A DNA stretch of 64,000 nt from Podarcis pityusensis. Its lineage: Eukaryota. The stretch lies in assembly GCA_964106645.2 (NCBI GenBank), contig OZ067041.1; one strand, given 5' to 3'. A program made the translations under genes and the position numbers. Below the pieces are notes generated by a model. That model made no database searches and was not told the DNA's origin. It was given only the letters and a program-made list of their open reading frames with translations. This document shows positions 24,716 to 37,961 of the stretch, piece after piece. Position 1 is the stretch's first letter; each line of letters starts with the position of its first letter.

Positions 24716-26929
24716 TCTCTGGTTTAGAGGTTTATGAGTGGAACCCATAACAAAATGTTGCGGTGTATTCCCACACCCTCAGGGAGCCAAGTCCTCCCCC
24801 CCCCCCAACTCTAGACTCTCCTCTCAGATTCTTGCTATAAATTTCAGGAGATTGAACAGGCCAAATTCCTCTTCCCTCATATCCCTTTCCAGTTTCCTTT
24901 CCCCCACCTCAATAGGCACCTTAACATTTCATAAACACTGAACATTCACAAGGCCATTTGTTAGCCTTAAAAAAAAAAAAAAGCTTTACAATTTACAAGC
25001 TTCTTTACTTTGGCATACCTAGGAAATTCTCCAAGTATGTAGAAAGCACTATCCTATTTTGGGGGGCGGCCCTGTTTTTCACTTCTCCACTACCAGGCAG
25101 TCAAATACACAAGTTCTCTATTAGAGGGAATGGTCATTTTGACCATGGTATACATGTATGGACAGCTGGTATTTTTAAACTCTCATACCACAACCACAAT
25201 GCTTATGGGGTCTGATGACATGGCTGATGTGCTCTCTTGATGCAAACCCATAGCTGATTGAGCTGGGTAGACAGTACCACACTACTTTTAAATTTCCAGC
25301 ATTCTGTATTTTGGGATAGCTTCACATGTTTTGTTTTTATTTTTTATCTGTACATGAACCATTTCAGTACAACCTGCAAAATTCCTTCAGATTTCTATGA
25401 ATGACACTTCTATAAAATGCCATATAATTATCCTTCCCAAGCACAGATAAAAGAAATTGCAAGGCTTGTATTGACCCAATAAGTGCAAAATACAAATCTA
25501 AAACCTGTTTGTGGTGATGATCTTGTAAGTAGTGTCAAATTTGATTCTCTAGTCAAGCTAACATGTAAAATGTATTTGCCAGAGTGTATTGGCAAATGGA
25601 AATCACACGTAACTGGATATCTCTGTTTCGGCTCAAGATCACTTTGTTCTAATTACAACTGATTTATCAGTTCACTTCAGGGAAGTCTCCAGCACACTCT
25701 AGTACAGTACAGTCATTTTCATCTTACAACATAAAAAATATGTGCTGTACAACAAAATCTCGAAGGTGGGAGAAAAATGCCTATTGTATATCAACAACGA
25801 ACCATCTGTTACATGCCCTAAGAGATTAGCCAATCAAAGCAATAAGCTTTTGAAATTGGGGAAATGTTATTTATTACAGCCTGTTCAGCTAATGCATTGG
25901 GTGAAATCCAGTGCTGCCATTCTAGTTGCCAAATGGCTTTTGATCCAGTGGAGGTGTTCATAAATTTAAAAGAAGGAGGGCAATTTTATTAAATTCCCTC
26001 TTCCCTCTACTCCCCATACCCTAAATCTGTTTCAGTGTCAGGCCCTTCAGAACAGCATGGAAGGTGGTGCAGGGTTCTTTGTGGGAAGGGGGAAATCAAA
26101 GAAAATGATCTTCCCTTCACTTACATTAGCAAATACAGAAGCCATTCTGGAACTGTAGCACTGAAACTTACACAATCTCTCTCTCTGTGTGTCTGTCTGT
26201 CTCCATAAGTTGAGGAAAACATACTAGGAAACCCAATGTTATGCTTTATAAGCTATGACTCATTTGAATTCTCCTGTACAGTATTGCCACTTGTCTTACA
26301 GTAGCTGCCTACATTTGATGCAGATACTTGAGCTATATTCCTCTCTCAGTATTTTGCCAGGCTGGGCTGCTTCAGAGAGAGGAACAATTCCAAAAGTCTG
26401 GGACCTCATGCTTTCCTAGACCCTCTGATCCTGCCACATAGGAAACATGGCACTTCCACAGAGCAGTTTATTGTGGACTTGGAACTGATCATGCATGGAA
26501 GGGGTTTTTGTTTGCTTTTGCATGCCCCTACGACAACCTCATCCAAATTCCACTCCATTTCCCACTCCCAAAATTTAATTCAGGTTTATTGTTCTCATGG
26601 GTGTTTTCAACTTATCGGGTTTTCTGCAGCAATGGTAAATCCAGATTCAACAAGGAAAATACTAAAGGATGGCATCTGGATGAAGACATCCTCAAGTGGA
26701 CAAAAGTGCCTGAATAGCACTGAGTCTACTAAAAACTGCAATGTCAAAGTACACACAATGCTAAAATTCACCACACATTTGGTGCTTTTTCTTCAAAGGC
26801 AAATGTTTTGAGGAAAGTTTGCAACTGAAGTTAGAATACTCCAGAGTTGTGTGGCATACAGAACATAGGATTCCCAGTGAGCAGCTGAAATCCCTCTTGG
26901 GTCAGCAGAAGGGACCATGAGTTAATACA

Positions 26930-27230
26930 GAGTACATGCTTTGTCTGCAGGAGGTTCTAGGTTCTGTTTCTAGTCAAAGGGACCTCAGGTAGCAGGAAAT
27001 ATCTTTGTCTAAGACAGCAGAGAGCCACTGCCAGTTAAGCTAGTGGCCTGCATCAGGGGAGGGGAACCTCTAGCCCTCAGTTGCTGGACTCCAACTCCCA
27101 TCAGCCCCATGACCATTGGCCAAGAATGATGGGACCCTTATTTTGGCAACTTTTGGAGGGCCATAGATTCTCAACCCTTGAGCTGGATGGACCAAAGATC
27201 TGATTCAGTATAAGGAAGCATTGCATGCTC
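26930..27230 (+). mobile_element. tRNA/CR1-tail SINE interrupted by Charlie-like MITE (27054-27180)
   Basis: SINE body GAGCCACTGCCAG, tail AGCTGGATGGACCAAAGATCTGATTCAGTATAAGG; MITE CAGGGGAGGGGAAC...CAACCCTTG. Confidence 0.75.
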
Positions 27231-28301
27231 ATGTACAATAAACTCTGGAACTGGTTCCAAACCAAAGTGTTGTCCACCTGATGTTAAATCATGTGCAAAG
27301 GCATCAAAAACTACCTTGCCTCATTTTGTATTAATATCGCCACATTTGACAAGGGGAGTTTTGCATGGCAGTTGTGTAAACACTGTCTTTTCTGCCTATC
27401 ATGGTGGTGAAATTAGGAATAATAGGCACACTTTATTCCTGCAACCATAGCATTACTGAGGGTTTATGAACAAAATGATGAATTTAGAATAAACCCCATT
27501 TATGGTATTCCGCATTACCACGAGTACATAATCCTTTCCGCAGGCTAAAAGACTGTCAATAGGCTACTTCATAAAATAATGAATGTTTGCAGTAACAATT
27601 TCATGGGTTGGCTGCAAGTTAATAGCCTTTATTTCCAGTGTAACTTCCTTAGAGGTAGCCTAGTAAACAGTTTTTATATTTATAATATATTATGTTAACA
27701 ATGCTACTTATTTTCTAGTTTGATAAAGACATTATATTTTAGTATGACTGGCCGCAACAATGACAAGGGGGAATATTTAGAGCACACTATATTTTGACTG
27801 CCGTTTAGAATAATCATGGCAAACGGGAAATTCTGTTCACTTTGGTCTCTTATTGATCTGTTTGATTTCTATTCCCACTCATCCTTCAGACTGTTAAGGA
27901 CTTTGTACACAGAGTTGAATCCAGAGAGTGCTAGTTAGTTAGGGGATAGATTCAGGGGGTTTAGTCACAATGGAAACAATGGCATTTTAAGTTTTCCATC
28001 ACATATTTCTCCTTTTGATTCCAGTGAGGCTAAAGGAGCAATCCTGTACATGTCTATTCAGAAACACAGGATAGCAGCAGTTTCAGTTCCTCAGTATCCA
28101 ACCCACAGTATTTTGTTTTTCTAATTTATGTCATGCTGAGAAACAGTGTTTGCATGATCACCTGGGAGTTTTAAGTATTTTATTTATTATTTGGGAGATT
28201 TTATAGCCTGCTTTCTTACTGGAATTCCTAAAACAGATTACAAGAAGGATTGGTAGATCTTTGGGTGATCTGCCGCAGGTCAACAAAGGCTTCTGATTCT
28301 C

Positions 28302-29996
28302 GACTTCCGGGTTGGCGCCATCGCCGAATGGCGGACTCCCTCCGAGCTCCGGAGGGAGCCTGCTCGGCAGGGGCTGGGTCCTACCGCACCGGCGATGCGG
28401 GGACCCTTAAAAACCACGGCCACGGGGGCCGTGGACATGGAGACTCGGCTGGCACCGCTAGCGCCCTCCCGACTCGTGAAGGAGCCTTTTTAAAGGCTAC
28501 GGATCGGGTGCCGGGGAGAAGCGTGGTGCTTTGAGTCCTCTGCTATCCCTGCCGAGCGCAGCCGCATGCCATCCGGCGGAGAGCGCTGACTTCTTCCATT
28601 GAAAATTCGGACTTCTTAACAACAACCCGTGAGTAATTTGGAAACCGGGTTTAAAAGGAGGAAAAAAAAGAATTTTTTTTTTGGATTGGACACGAGCGGG
28701 GGGGATCCAAAAAGGAAGTCAGTCCCCCCCCCTACTGTAAACCTTCCAAAACAAGGACGGGGAAACCAAGGTCCAAAAAGATTTGTATTGCTGATAAAAA
28801 CTAAGAATTCCACGATGGGGAACTATAAGAACTGTGCTGGAGGAAGAATTGAGGGTGAAGAAACGTAACCCCCCCCCCTGGGAACCGGGGTGATTGAAGA
28901 GAGAGCCTGGTGAAAAGAGTCGGAGATTTTGACAGCTGTCAAAGTAGCTGTCAAAGTCGGAAAGCAGAGAGGATTTTATTATGAGAACTTTGCTGGTTAA
29001 ATTTGTTACAATTTGCTACAACTCGTTAAAACTTGGATATAAAATGGCGAAAACATGGATAACAATCGGACTTTTGGACTAGAGAAAACAAAGTTACAAC
29101 AATCCCCCTAGAGGAGTTTCGGGACATTACAAAGATGGTCGTAAGTGGAAAAATACCATTGGAATTTTACAGGACTGGTTATCTTCTGGGAAAGCTGCAA
29201 AACGGAAATAATATTTTGTCTACAGGGTGTTCAGCTAAAGGAGACAATAGAATTTTCTATTGAAGAAAGGAAGGGACTGAACGCAAGTTTTTGTTCCTGA
29301 ATAACAATAATCCCTGCAGATTCACTAAGCTTCTGAATTAGAACGTTTCAGCAGCGGAACAAGAGGAAATTGGACTACAATTTGGAAAGAACAATGGGGG
29401 GAGTTTTATTTTATTAAAGATCTGAAGTTAAGTGTTTTAAAAAATAACTATAAAAAGAAAAAGCCAGCAAGGAGTTGGGGGAAATAGGTGATTTATGGAC
29501 TTTAAGAATTCCCGGCGGATAACATGGTTTGGTGGTCAGGGGGAAATTAAACCGGGGACAGGGGGGGGAGAACTAAAATCCAAAGGCTTGTTAACTTCTT
29601 TTTTTTCTTTGAACTGGCTCTTTTTCATTTATTATATTTTTTATTTCTTATTTCTGATATTTCTATTGTGTGGGGTGTCCTTATCATTAAAAAAAGGGAA
29701 ATTGTGGAATGAAAATGGGGTGGGCCCTGGGGAGAGAACTTTTGTTTTTTTTATTAGGGGTATTGATGAGGAGTGTATAAATTTTAAATTTGAATAATGG
29801 TCTAAACAAATTAAGTTTCAATTAGAACTGAGAGCTTGTGGAGCCAACAATATGAAATGGGAATATGGCAGGGGTGGGGGAAGGGGGGAGTCCCAGAAAG
29901 TGGATCTATGAAAATAAGGCTTTGAATGTACTTTAATCTTTACTTTCTGTATTTCTGAAAATCTTAATAAATATCATTAAAAAAAAAAAAAAACAA
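28302..29996 (+). mobile_element. Non-coding poly(A) retroposon (L1-mobilised type), ~1.7 kb
   Basis: Perfect 21-bp TSD CAACAAAGGCTTCTGATTCTC (28281-28301, 29997-30017); CpG-rich head starting GACTTCCGG; AATAAA at 29966 plus poly(A). Confidence 0.9.
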
Positions 29997-31335
29997 CAAC
30001 AAAGGCTTCTGATTCTCACCTGTTTAAAACTAGCAACAGCAGCTTATCCCAGCTAATTTTTTCCACAAGAATTTCATGATGAGGCTACAGAATGCCGGAT
30101 AAATGCTTAACAGAAAGAAAAATATATCGCCCATTACCACCTCGTAACAATCAAATATGCTCAAGCCTGTACTAACCAACATTCTGAAAGAATTAAAAAG
30201 TGCTCTGAGGAAAAGGGAGAAAAATAGAAGCTTCTTTTGTGGGGGAATTTTTGAGAAATTGGCTCATAGGCTTCATCACAGCACTCACTAATGAGGATAA
30301 CTCCAGAATGATCAACTCTGAGAGAGGCACTTTTGATTTTTTTTACTGGCCGTCATATAGTCCCAGCCTATAGTTTGCTTCCTCTGTCTTGCTTCCTTTG
30401 TTTCTCAGTGTGTATTGATTTTTCAGGGGGGGGTGCAGGCACACTGACACATGCACGTGTGGGAGACAGAAATGAATGGTGGCAAAGCTGTCAAATCCAA
30501 AGCCCCACAAATTAATCATCCCTATACATTCACAGATCAGGCACAGCGCGTATAACAACAGATCAATTTTCTCTCATACCACCTACCGCTGTGTCTGAAT
30601 CATGACCTGTAAAGGCTATTTTCAAGGGAGGTGGTATAATTCATTTTCCCATGTTTAGTTCATTGTTAGGCTCTCTGACAAAAAGACAGAAAATTGGTGT
30701 GAAGCGTTTATTTAATTAATATTTCTCCACTGTTGCCACCCACCTCTTCCCTTATCCTGAGAGCTCAGAATTGGTGACAAGGCTAAAAAGACTTTGATAA
30801 AAAAAAACCTAACAAAATAAAATACTTCTTTAAAACATTATAGTACTCTGTGGATATTCTTTCTTTCTTTTTAATACCATTTGTTTGCTTAACCTTGCTA
30901 ATTAAAGTGAGTGTAATGTTTAGGCCCTAAACCAAAATGCCTTATATGACATTTGGAAAGTGCTCGGCAAAAGGAACTCAATAGTTCTCAAGGGGAGCCC
31001 ATATACCCTGCAAAATGAGTAGAAGACACCACAAACTATGGGTTCAATGCATATCCTACTGAAATCAATGGGGACACTGCCATGCTACTGAATGGAATAG
31101 GCTATCCCCATGCACAGGTCTGTGCTTGTGAATGTAACCCCTGAGCCTAGCATAGCTAATTGCTCTTATGGCCTAGTGATGCTGTGAAATGGGTCCAGGA
31201 GACACCATATCCTGCCATCTGTCAGGAGCTGTTGAGCCTGGGGCCAGGAAGCTACTGCTCTGTACACAGCTGCTCCAGGAGTAGGGATGTGAGGAGGCAA
31301 CAATTCCCTTCATGTCCTATGTCCATCACAATCAA

Positions 31336-31678
31336 CAAATCTAAAAAAATGTAGTATAAACACCGACAACTGGGAAACACTGGCCTGCAAGTGCTCCAGT
31401 TGGAGAACAGCCTTTACCAAAGGTGTTGTGGGTTTTGAAGATGCTCAAACTCAGGACGAAAGGGAGAAACACACTAAGAGGAAGACGTGCTTGGCAAACC
31501 CTCACCATGATCAACTCCCGCCTGGAAACCTATGTCCCCACTATGGAAGGATGTGTGGATCCAGAATTGGACTCCACAGTCACTTACGGACTCACTTTTA
31601 AAATCGTGTTCATGGAAGACAATCTTACTCGGCTACAAGTGATCGCCAAAGAAGACAAAGAAGGAGGAGGAGGAGGAA
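31336..31678 (+). mobile_element. RTE-clade LINE 3' end with C-terminal C2H2 finger
   Basis: A frame not shown in the ORF track reads NLKKCSINTDNWETLA...SSWR...GFE...KRK...LCPHYGRMCGSRIGLHSHLRTHF*, followed by a short UTR and a GAA/GGA tail. Confidence 0.88.
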
Positions 31679-34676
31679 ATCAACACTCATTCTGCTACAG
31701 TTTGCCTTCCTCTAAAACCCACTCTGATTTGATTATGGCAGAAATGAACAAAATTAATTAATTTTAATGCATTTCAATGGAAGAGAAATGTCAAACACAA
31801 TGCAGAAAGTCACCTCAATATAACCTAGCTGCACATACTATTTAAATACAAATAATAAAGTGCAATATTTCTGTAACATAGATTCTACACTGTTCATGAC
31901 AGCTGGGTAAAGAAAGAAGAAGTAGAACAGAGAGGCTTAATATTTTGAAGTGCATACTTTTCTACAGCTTTAAATCTTGTGTAGGCTGTTACTAAAAGTG
32001 AAGTGCAGAGGAAGTGAAATGCAGGAAGTTTGCCATTCTGCCTTTTGCTGTCTTCTCTTGTACATGAAAAAGTACTATTTCGAACTTGCTATATTAGATT
32101 TTCAAAAAGTGTATTTGCAAAGAAGTATAACGGCTACCTCAAATTGTTGGGAATATATTTTAATGGTAGTTTTATCCCACACTGACAAGCCAAGTGTAAA
32201 TATTATTTCCTCCCAGAAAATCTTTGCTATATTTATGGAAAACTCTTATATGCATTCTATACTCAGAGAGCTAGCTCTGTTTAATGGCGTCTCTCCCCCA
32301 CTACTCCACATACACAAGCTGACTGGACCAGCAGTCAAACCTGACATCAACACTAGCAACAGGGCAGGATCCACTCATCTGAGGGCAGCAGGGTTAAGGG
32401 ACACAGGGCACAGTGGGTGGCACATGCAGCTGTGCCCTCCAACACATCACTCCCCCCCCCCACACCTGCTACCTGGGGCAGCCACATATAAGTTTGTCAA
32501 CGAACATTTGGTTGGCAAATATATTTTAAGCTAGACTGCTTCCTCAAATTGGCTTATTAGTGGAGATTTTCTAACTTTTTAAACAAGTGAAACTGGCTTT
32601 CTGTCCCTGAGAAGAAATGAAATTGGTTCTCTGTTCTCTGTAAATTAAAATACAGCCAAGCAAAAAATAGCTAGGAACTCATCTGCACATATTTATGCAA
32701 TCATTAGTATATGTATACTTAAAGCCTTTGATAATAGATATGAACCATCTTTCCCACAATGTCTCCTCCCAGTCACACAGATACACACCATGAAATGGTC
32801 TTCCCATTATCATTCTTTTCCACTGCTCAGGTCAGAGGCAGCTACTGCTTGTTAGATTAAAGATTGTTGTTGTTTTTACGTTGGGGGGAAAAACCACACC
32901 AATTTCTTCCACATTACAAGAGAAACCATGTTAGTTTTCATTAAAAAGATGAACAATTATTTTACACGATTCCATGCAGTAGCTATCACCCACTACACAG
33001 CAAAAGTTCTATAATGAACAGTGAAACTCTGAATTTAATTTTGTCTACACCAAACCACCAGATTAAGACATTTGGAACATTCAAATATTCCTAAATCTGA
33101 GATACAGTCCTAAAACAAGAGTGTAAGACCAAGACTCACACCAAGAGGACAACCATTACAGGACAAATAACATAAGAGAAACAGTAGGACAACCCCAAAA
33201 TCACCTACTGTACCTCTCTCTACACAAATAAACACAATGCATGATAAGAGAGACACAGCCTATGTTAGAGAGAATGAGTCTGCTCTCACAGAGAAGCTAG
33301 ACAAATGATGGCACACAGATAACCCCTCCAAATTAAAACTACTACTTAAAAGCAGTAAGAAGATCATAGCAACATCATACCAAGGTATAAGATCATGCAA
33401 TATGTCCAACCACTAATTGTGCCCCTTAATCAAAACCATAATATAGTCAGAAAACCTAATAACACCAACCCATAACATTACTACTGAGATGTACCTAGTA
33501 TCTTCTATATAAAACGTGCACACAGAGCAAAGAAGACTGTATCAAAGAATGACTGCAAATAACCTGATATTTTATAAAATCAAATGTGTTTTTATTTGGG
33601 TTTGCCCATATTAGCAAAGAAAACCAAAGCAACAAACACAACAAGGGGGCCGGGGCATCAACCAAGTATTCTATCCCATAGGAACATGGTCAGAAGTAAT
33701 CTATATTGCATTTTTATTCATGCATTCCAAATTCCAAGGGTACTACAAGCAGCCATTGAAGAAGATCTGCACTGTTAGCATATACAGTGTAATAAATATA
33801 ACAGTAGTGTAGAAAACATCCAGAGTTTCAATTCCTCGTAGAGAAAGCAAATTATGAGTGATTTCTCTCTCTCTCATATGCTAATATTCCACACATTACC
33901 ATGCCAAACTGCAGTGTTCAAACTATGTAGTGGCTTCCATATTTGGGCATTAGCCTGTCTCTCAGTAACTAGTAAAAATATTATAAGGTCCCTGGATTTC
34001 ACTGTTCTGTTTTCACGTTCAAATATAGATAATTAAAAAGTTGTGGAGGACATTGTCAAGGTTCTTGGATAATATCACAGATTTCCATGAAACCTCTCCC
34101 CAGAACTGCTTTCCTCGAGGGCACTCCCACCAGAGGCAGCATTTAGTGCCTCCAGCACATCCTGCCAACATGTTGGTCTTATGTTAGCTGTCACATGCAA
34201 TAATTGTACAGGAGTTCTTGTGCCCATCTATGGCTAATCTTTAAAATGCTAGAACATTAGCAGTGGCAAATGATAGAACATTAGCAGTGGCAAAGTTTTT
34301 ATCAGTAGTTGCAAGAACCAATGATCCCTATATTCTGAACAAAATGCTTGTTTAACCTGGAGGTAGGCTGTGTGAATTGTGTATTGCTTTGTAACAATTT
34401 GTTGAGTCTCTGGACCGTAATAAAGATTGTTGTTGTTGTTAAAGTGTTTCCCGTCACGTAGTCTGACACTGACCTCACTAGTCTGGAACATCACAGATTT
34501 GTCCATTTCACTTGTATCTGTCTCCCAGACGACTTCAAACCCTGCAGTTTCTATAAAGATCTTAGAAATACTTGAGACTAATCCCTTGCTTTTTCAGCCA
34601 GCATTAATAAGAGCCTGGCTGCCTGTTTCTGAACGCCTAGATCCTTAAGAAATGTTGCAATTTACATAACTGGAGC

Positions 34677-34934
34677 CAGTGGCAGAGAGCAGGTGGGGGC
34701 GGGGCTGGCGTGCATCCCGGGGGCGTGGCATGCTGCCCATAGGGGCGTGGCGTGCATCCTGAGGGTGTGGCACACCGCCCGTGGGGGCGTGGCATGCATC
34801 CTGGGGTTGTGGTGTGCCACCCGTAGGGGCGTGGTGCCCAGCGCAGGCAGGGGGGGAAGCCACAATGGCACCCCACTGGGATCACACTACCACCGGCGGT
34901 GCACTCCCCCCGCACGCCTCTTCCTCCGCCAGTG
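34677..34934. mobile_element. GC-rich hAT MITE with internal minisatellite
   Basis: TIRs CAGTGGCAGA / TCCGCCAGTG; TSD ACTGGAGC / ACTGAAGC; internal 20-21 bp GGGGCGTGGC-containing repeats. Confidence 0.82.
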
Positions 34935-36081
34935 ACTGAAGCCATTGCATATTTAAGTTTCCAATCGCTCTCTCTTTCTCTCTCTCTCTCTCTGCTTCTG
35001 AATGAACATTTTGGCTTCCCTGGACACTCCATCAAACCCCCTTGGAGTTTAAATTCTGATAGGTTTAAGGAGTGCGAGGCGGCAGAATATAAATTTATTC
35101 AACAATAGGACTGTATCTGTCAGGGGCTAAACAGTGAGTTCGGTTTCTTCTCAAATCATAAACATAAAGAGGATTCCTGATGTTATACCCTGAATTTTTC
35201 AATATACAGTTCATAGTATCGGTGACTGTCCCTTTAAAGACCGAGGACATCTCATTTCTCTGATTTGCAATCTGCAGTTGCTCAGCTCTAGCATCTGATG
35301 AAGCAGTCATCTGCAAAAGCTGGTGCTCTTTCAGTGAAACCATTCTGTTCAGTCTTAAAAGTGCAAATGGACTCTTAATTTCTCTTTCTACGTTGCAATG
35401 AACAGCTGCATTTTTCAAACCGCTGCTGTTCCTGCTGAATTCTCCATTATGCCCAGTATATTACAGGACAAGGGCAGACACTGTTTGGGAGCTCTGCTCA
35501 AGTCTACTTGTCCCCTGGTCCTTTTGCATGCAGGACATTTGTAAAGAGGTGTGGCTGGAACTGTCAGGCACTCGATAACTCTGCCTCTAGGCAATGTCCT
35601 ATAGAAGCTGTTGAAGCATGACATGTCAGGTTATTCTGCCCTGTACCTTGGGCCTAAAAGGCTCCCAGGTCTCAGAGCTCCTGAATAAGGAGCAGAAGTC
35701 AATCATACATGACGGAAACTGACACTTTCAGAGAAGCTGGGACTAGCGTGCATAATCAGACGGCTTCCCTGTGCGTTTTCAGAATTCCTACTGGAGAAAA
35801 ATTTATTTGTCCCCTAAACACAGTTAAAGTTTCCTAGCAACTCTGTTGCAACCAGTATTTCTGCCTCAAAAGGTTTGTTCACTCTGCAGAGTGAAATTGA
35901 CAGAAATCTTATTTGGTGGGTGTGAGAAGACATGAACTTCTCGCAGTGAGGGGAACACCAGAAGGCCCAATAAGACAGTCTTTGGAACAAGAAAGAATCT
36001 GAAGTGGCCACAGTCTCAACAATGGTAGGCAACACAAAGAGTGCGCAAGCACAAATATTAGGTGAAGTAAGTCATGATGAG

Positions 36082-36242
36082 ATCATAGAATCATAGAATC
36101 ATAGAGTTGGAAGAGACCACAAGGGCCATCGAGCAGGAAACACCATCAGAGCACTCCTGACATATGGTTGTCAAGCCTCTGCTTAAAGACCTCCAAAGAA
36201 GGAGACTTCACCACACTCCTTGGCAGCAAATTCCACTGTTGA
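36082..36242 (-). mobile_element. CR1 LINE 3' end
   Basis: (ATCATAGA)3 is the CR1 terminal (TTCTATGA)n octamer, followed by the typical 3' region. Confidence 0.9.
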
Positions 36243-37961
36243 GATGGTACCTTCATAACTCATGCATTAACTGCAGTTCAGAGGAAAGAAAAATATTATC
36301 TTGGCTAAGTGCATTTAGAGGGCTATAAAGGAGAAAAGGTGCTCTTTGACTAGACCATGAAAAATTGGAGAAGAGACTGATTAGCCCAAGATGCATAGAT
36401 TCTGGTTCAAGGCCCCAAAGCAAAGATATCATAAAAGTATGTCATATGTTCCTGTAATGTAGTGTAAGCAATGAATACACAAGAAGGGCAGAGAAGAAAG
36501 AAATGCAACTACAACACTATGATGCAACAGAAGAAGGTAAGATAAGCCAGAAGAGGAAGCAGTGCTATTTTCCAAGTTGTTTAATGTGCATGATTCAAAG
36601 TTTTATCTAAAACCTTTGAACTGTATGAGAAGGTAAATGATTGTTGGACAATGCATCTGGGCTTATAAATAACCCTTATGCTATTTGGCATGTGTTCCTT
36701 ACAGGTCATTTTAATTGCTTTCAAGAAGAATAAAATCACCACAGAGCATCACTTCCAGAAATCAACTTTATACTTGGCCATGACCAATCCAGGTTGAAAC
36801 TTCTGTTGACATTCAGCTCGCTGGATGCTTAAACTCATGGCATGATTATGGGACTACGTAAGCGGGGTTTGCAAATCAGCTGTTACATTCAGAAATATAA
36901 ATTCAAAGAAGTGAAAACAGGAAAATGAATGTGCCTAATAAAATATAACTACACTCCTTTTGAAGGAGCCCAGATATTTCTGCAAGTGGCAAAATTTTGC
37001 CCATTCATTTAAAAATTAGAGGAAATTTTGAAATACGGTTCCGCAGAACAGGTCACTTAAATTCCAGATTCTCTCCTGCCCCAATATTTTATTATTAATA
37101 ATTAATATTAATTATATTAATAATGGAGCACAAAGAGGCTGTAGGCAGGTCTTTCAGTGTGGATGAGACTTGGCAATATGGTGAGAAAAAGGGCAAGAAA
37201 CAAAACTTCTTGTTGCTTCTCTGAGAGATTTGGAGAAACTCTTTTCCCCATATATGAAATTCCTAGCATTCACTTGTTGTACTCCACTGCTGCTGATACA
37301 CGCCAAAACAGATTTCAAGATTGCCCATAAAGGCATAACTGGGAACCCATAGAATGCCCCTTTTGAAAGTTGTTTGCCATGCAGGGTTAAAAATAAACAT
37401 TTTTATGAGATTTTCAAAGTACAGTTTCGCCTGTGATACCAAAGTTTATGTGAGATCAGAGTCCAGGCCCATCGAGATGCAGCTGTCATTTGAAACTACA
37501 CCCACAGTGCACAACCATTCAATGTTGCTTCCACACAGATTGTGCTGTAGGCTGAACCTGAATTTCATTACCTTTGAACCATGATCAAACTGCTATTCTT
37601 GCAGGCTGTAGTCCTGCCTAATTATACATAAACTAATCCCAGTGATTACAGGCAGAATTATACATATGAAAGTGTGTGTGAGAGGTTGTAACCATGGTAG
37701 CGTAATAGGTAATCTCTGTGTAAATTACAATGCTCTTTGGCTAAAGAGTATTACTCTTTCCCATGGCTCTTGATACATAAAAAGAGCAAAGGACATGTTC
37801 ATCATTGCATTTCTGACAGGTTGACAGCTCCTTGGCATCATCTGCACCTCTATTCCCAATTGACTTCTCCAGACAAGACTCTCTGTGTTGATTGATAACC
37901 CTATTCAAAGTTTGTGCTCTGTTTACTTTTAGCTGTGAGATTTAAAACACTCTCATTTATA

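Noticed and set aside
29495-29797. 100-aa ORF with TM-like F/I/L run
   Set aside because: The hydrophobic run comes from a T-rich tract in the retroposon 3' region.
31423-31761. 112-aa ORF
   Set aside because: It is an alternative frame of the RTE LINE end.
31977-32534. 185-aa ORF
   Set aside because: No recognisable homology, a non-ATG start, and it runs into repeat-like GC sequence.
34637-35035. Overlapping repetitive ORFs / possible CRISPR-like array
   Set aside because: This is a minisatellite within a MITE in a eukaryotic context, with no unique spacers.
35095-35624. Two abutting minus-strand ORFs as a coding gene or pseudogene
   Set aside because: They are in different frames with no recognisable protein; kept only as a possible lncRNA terminal exon.
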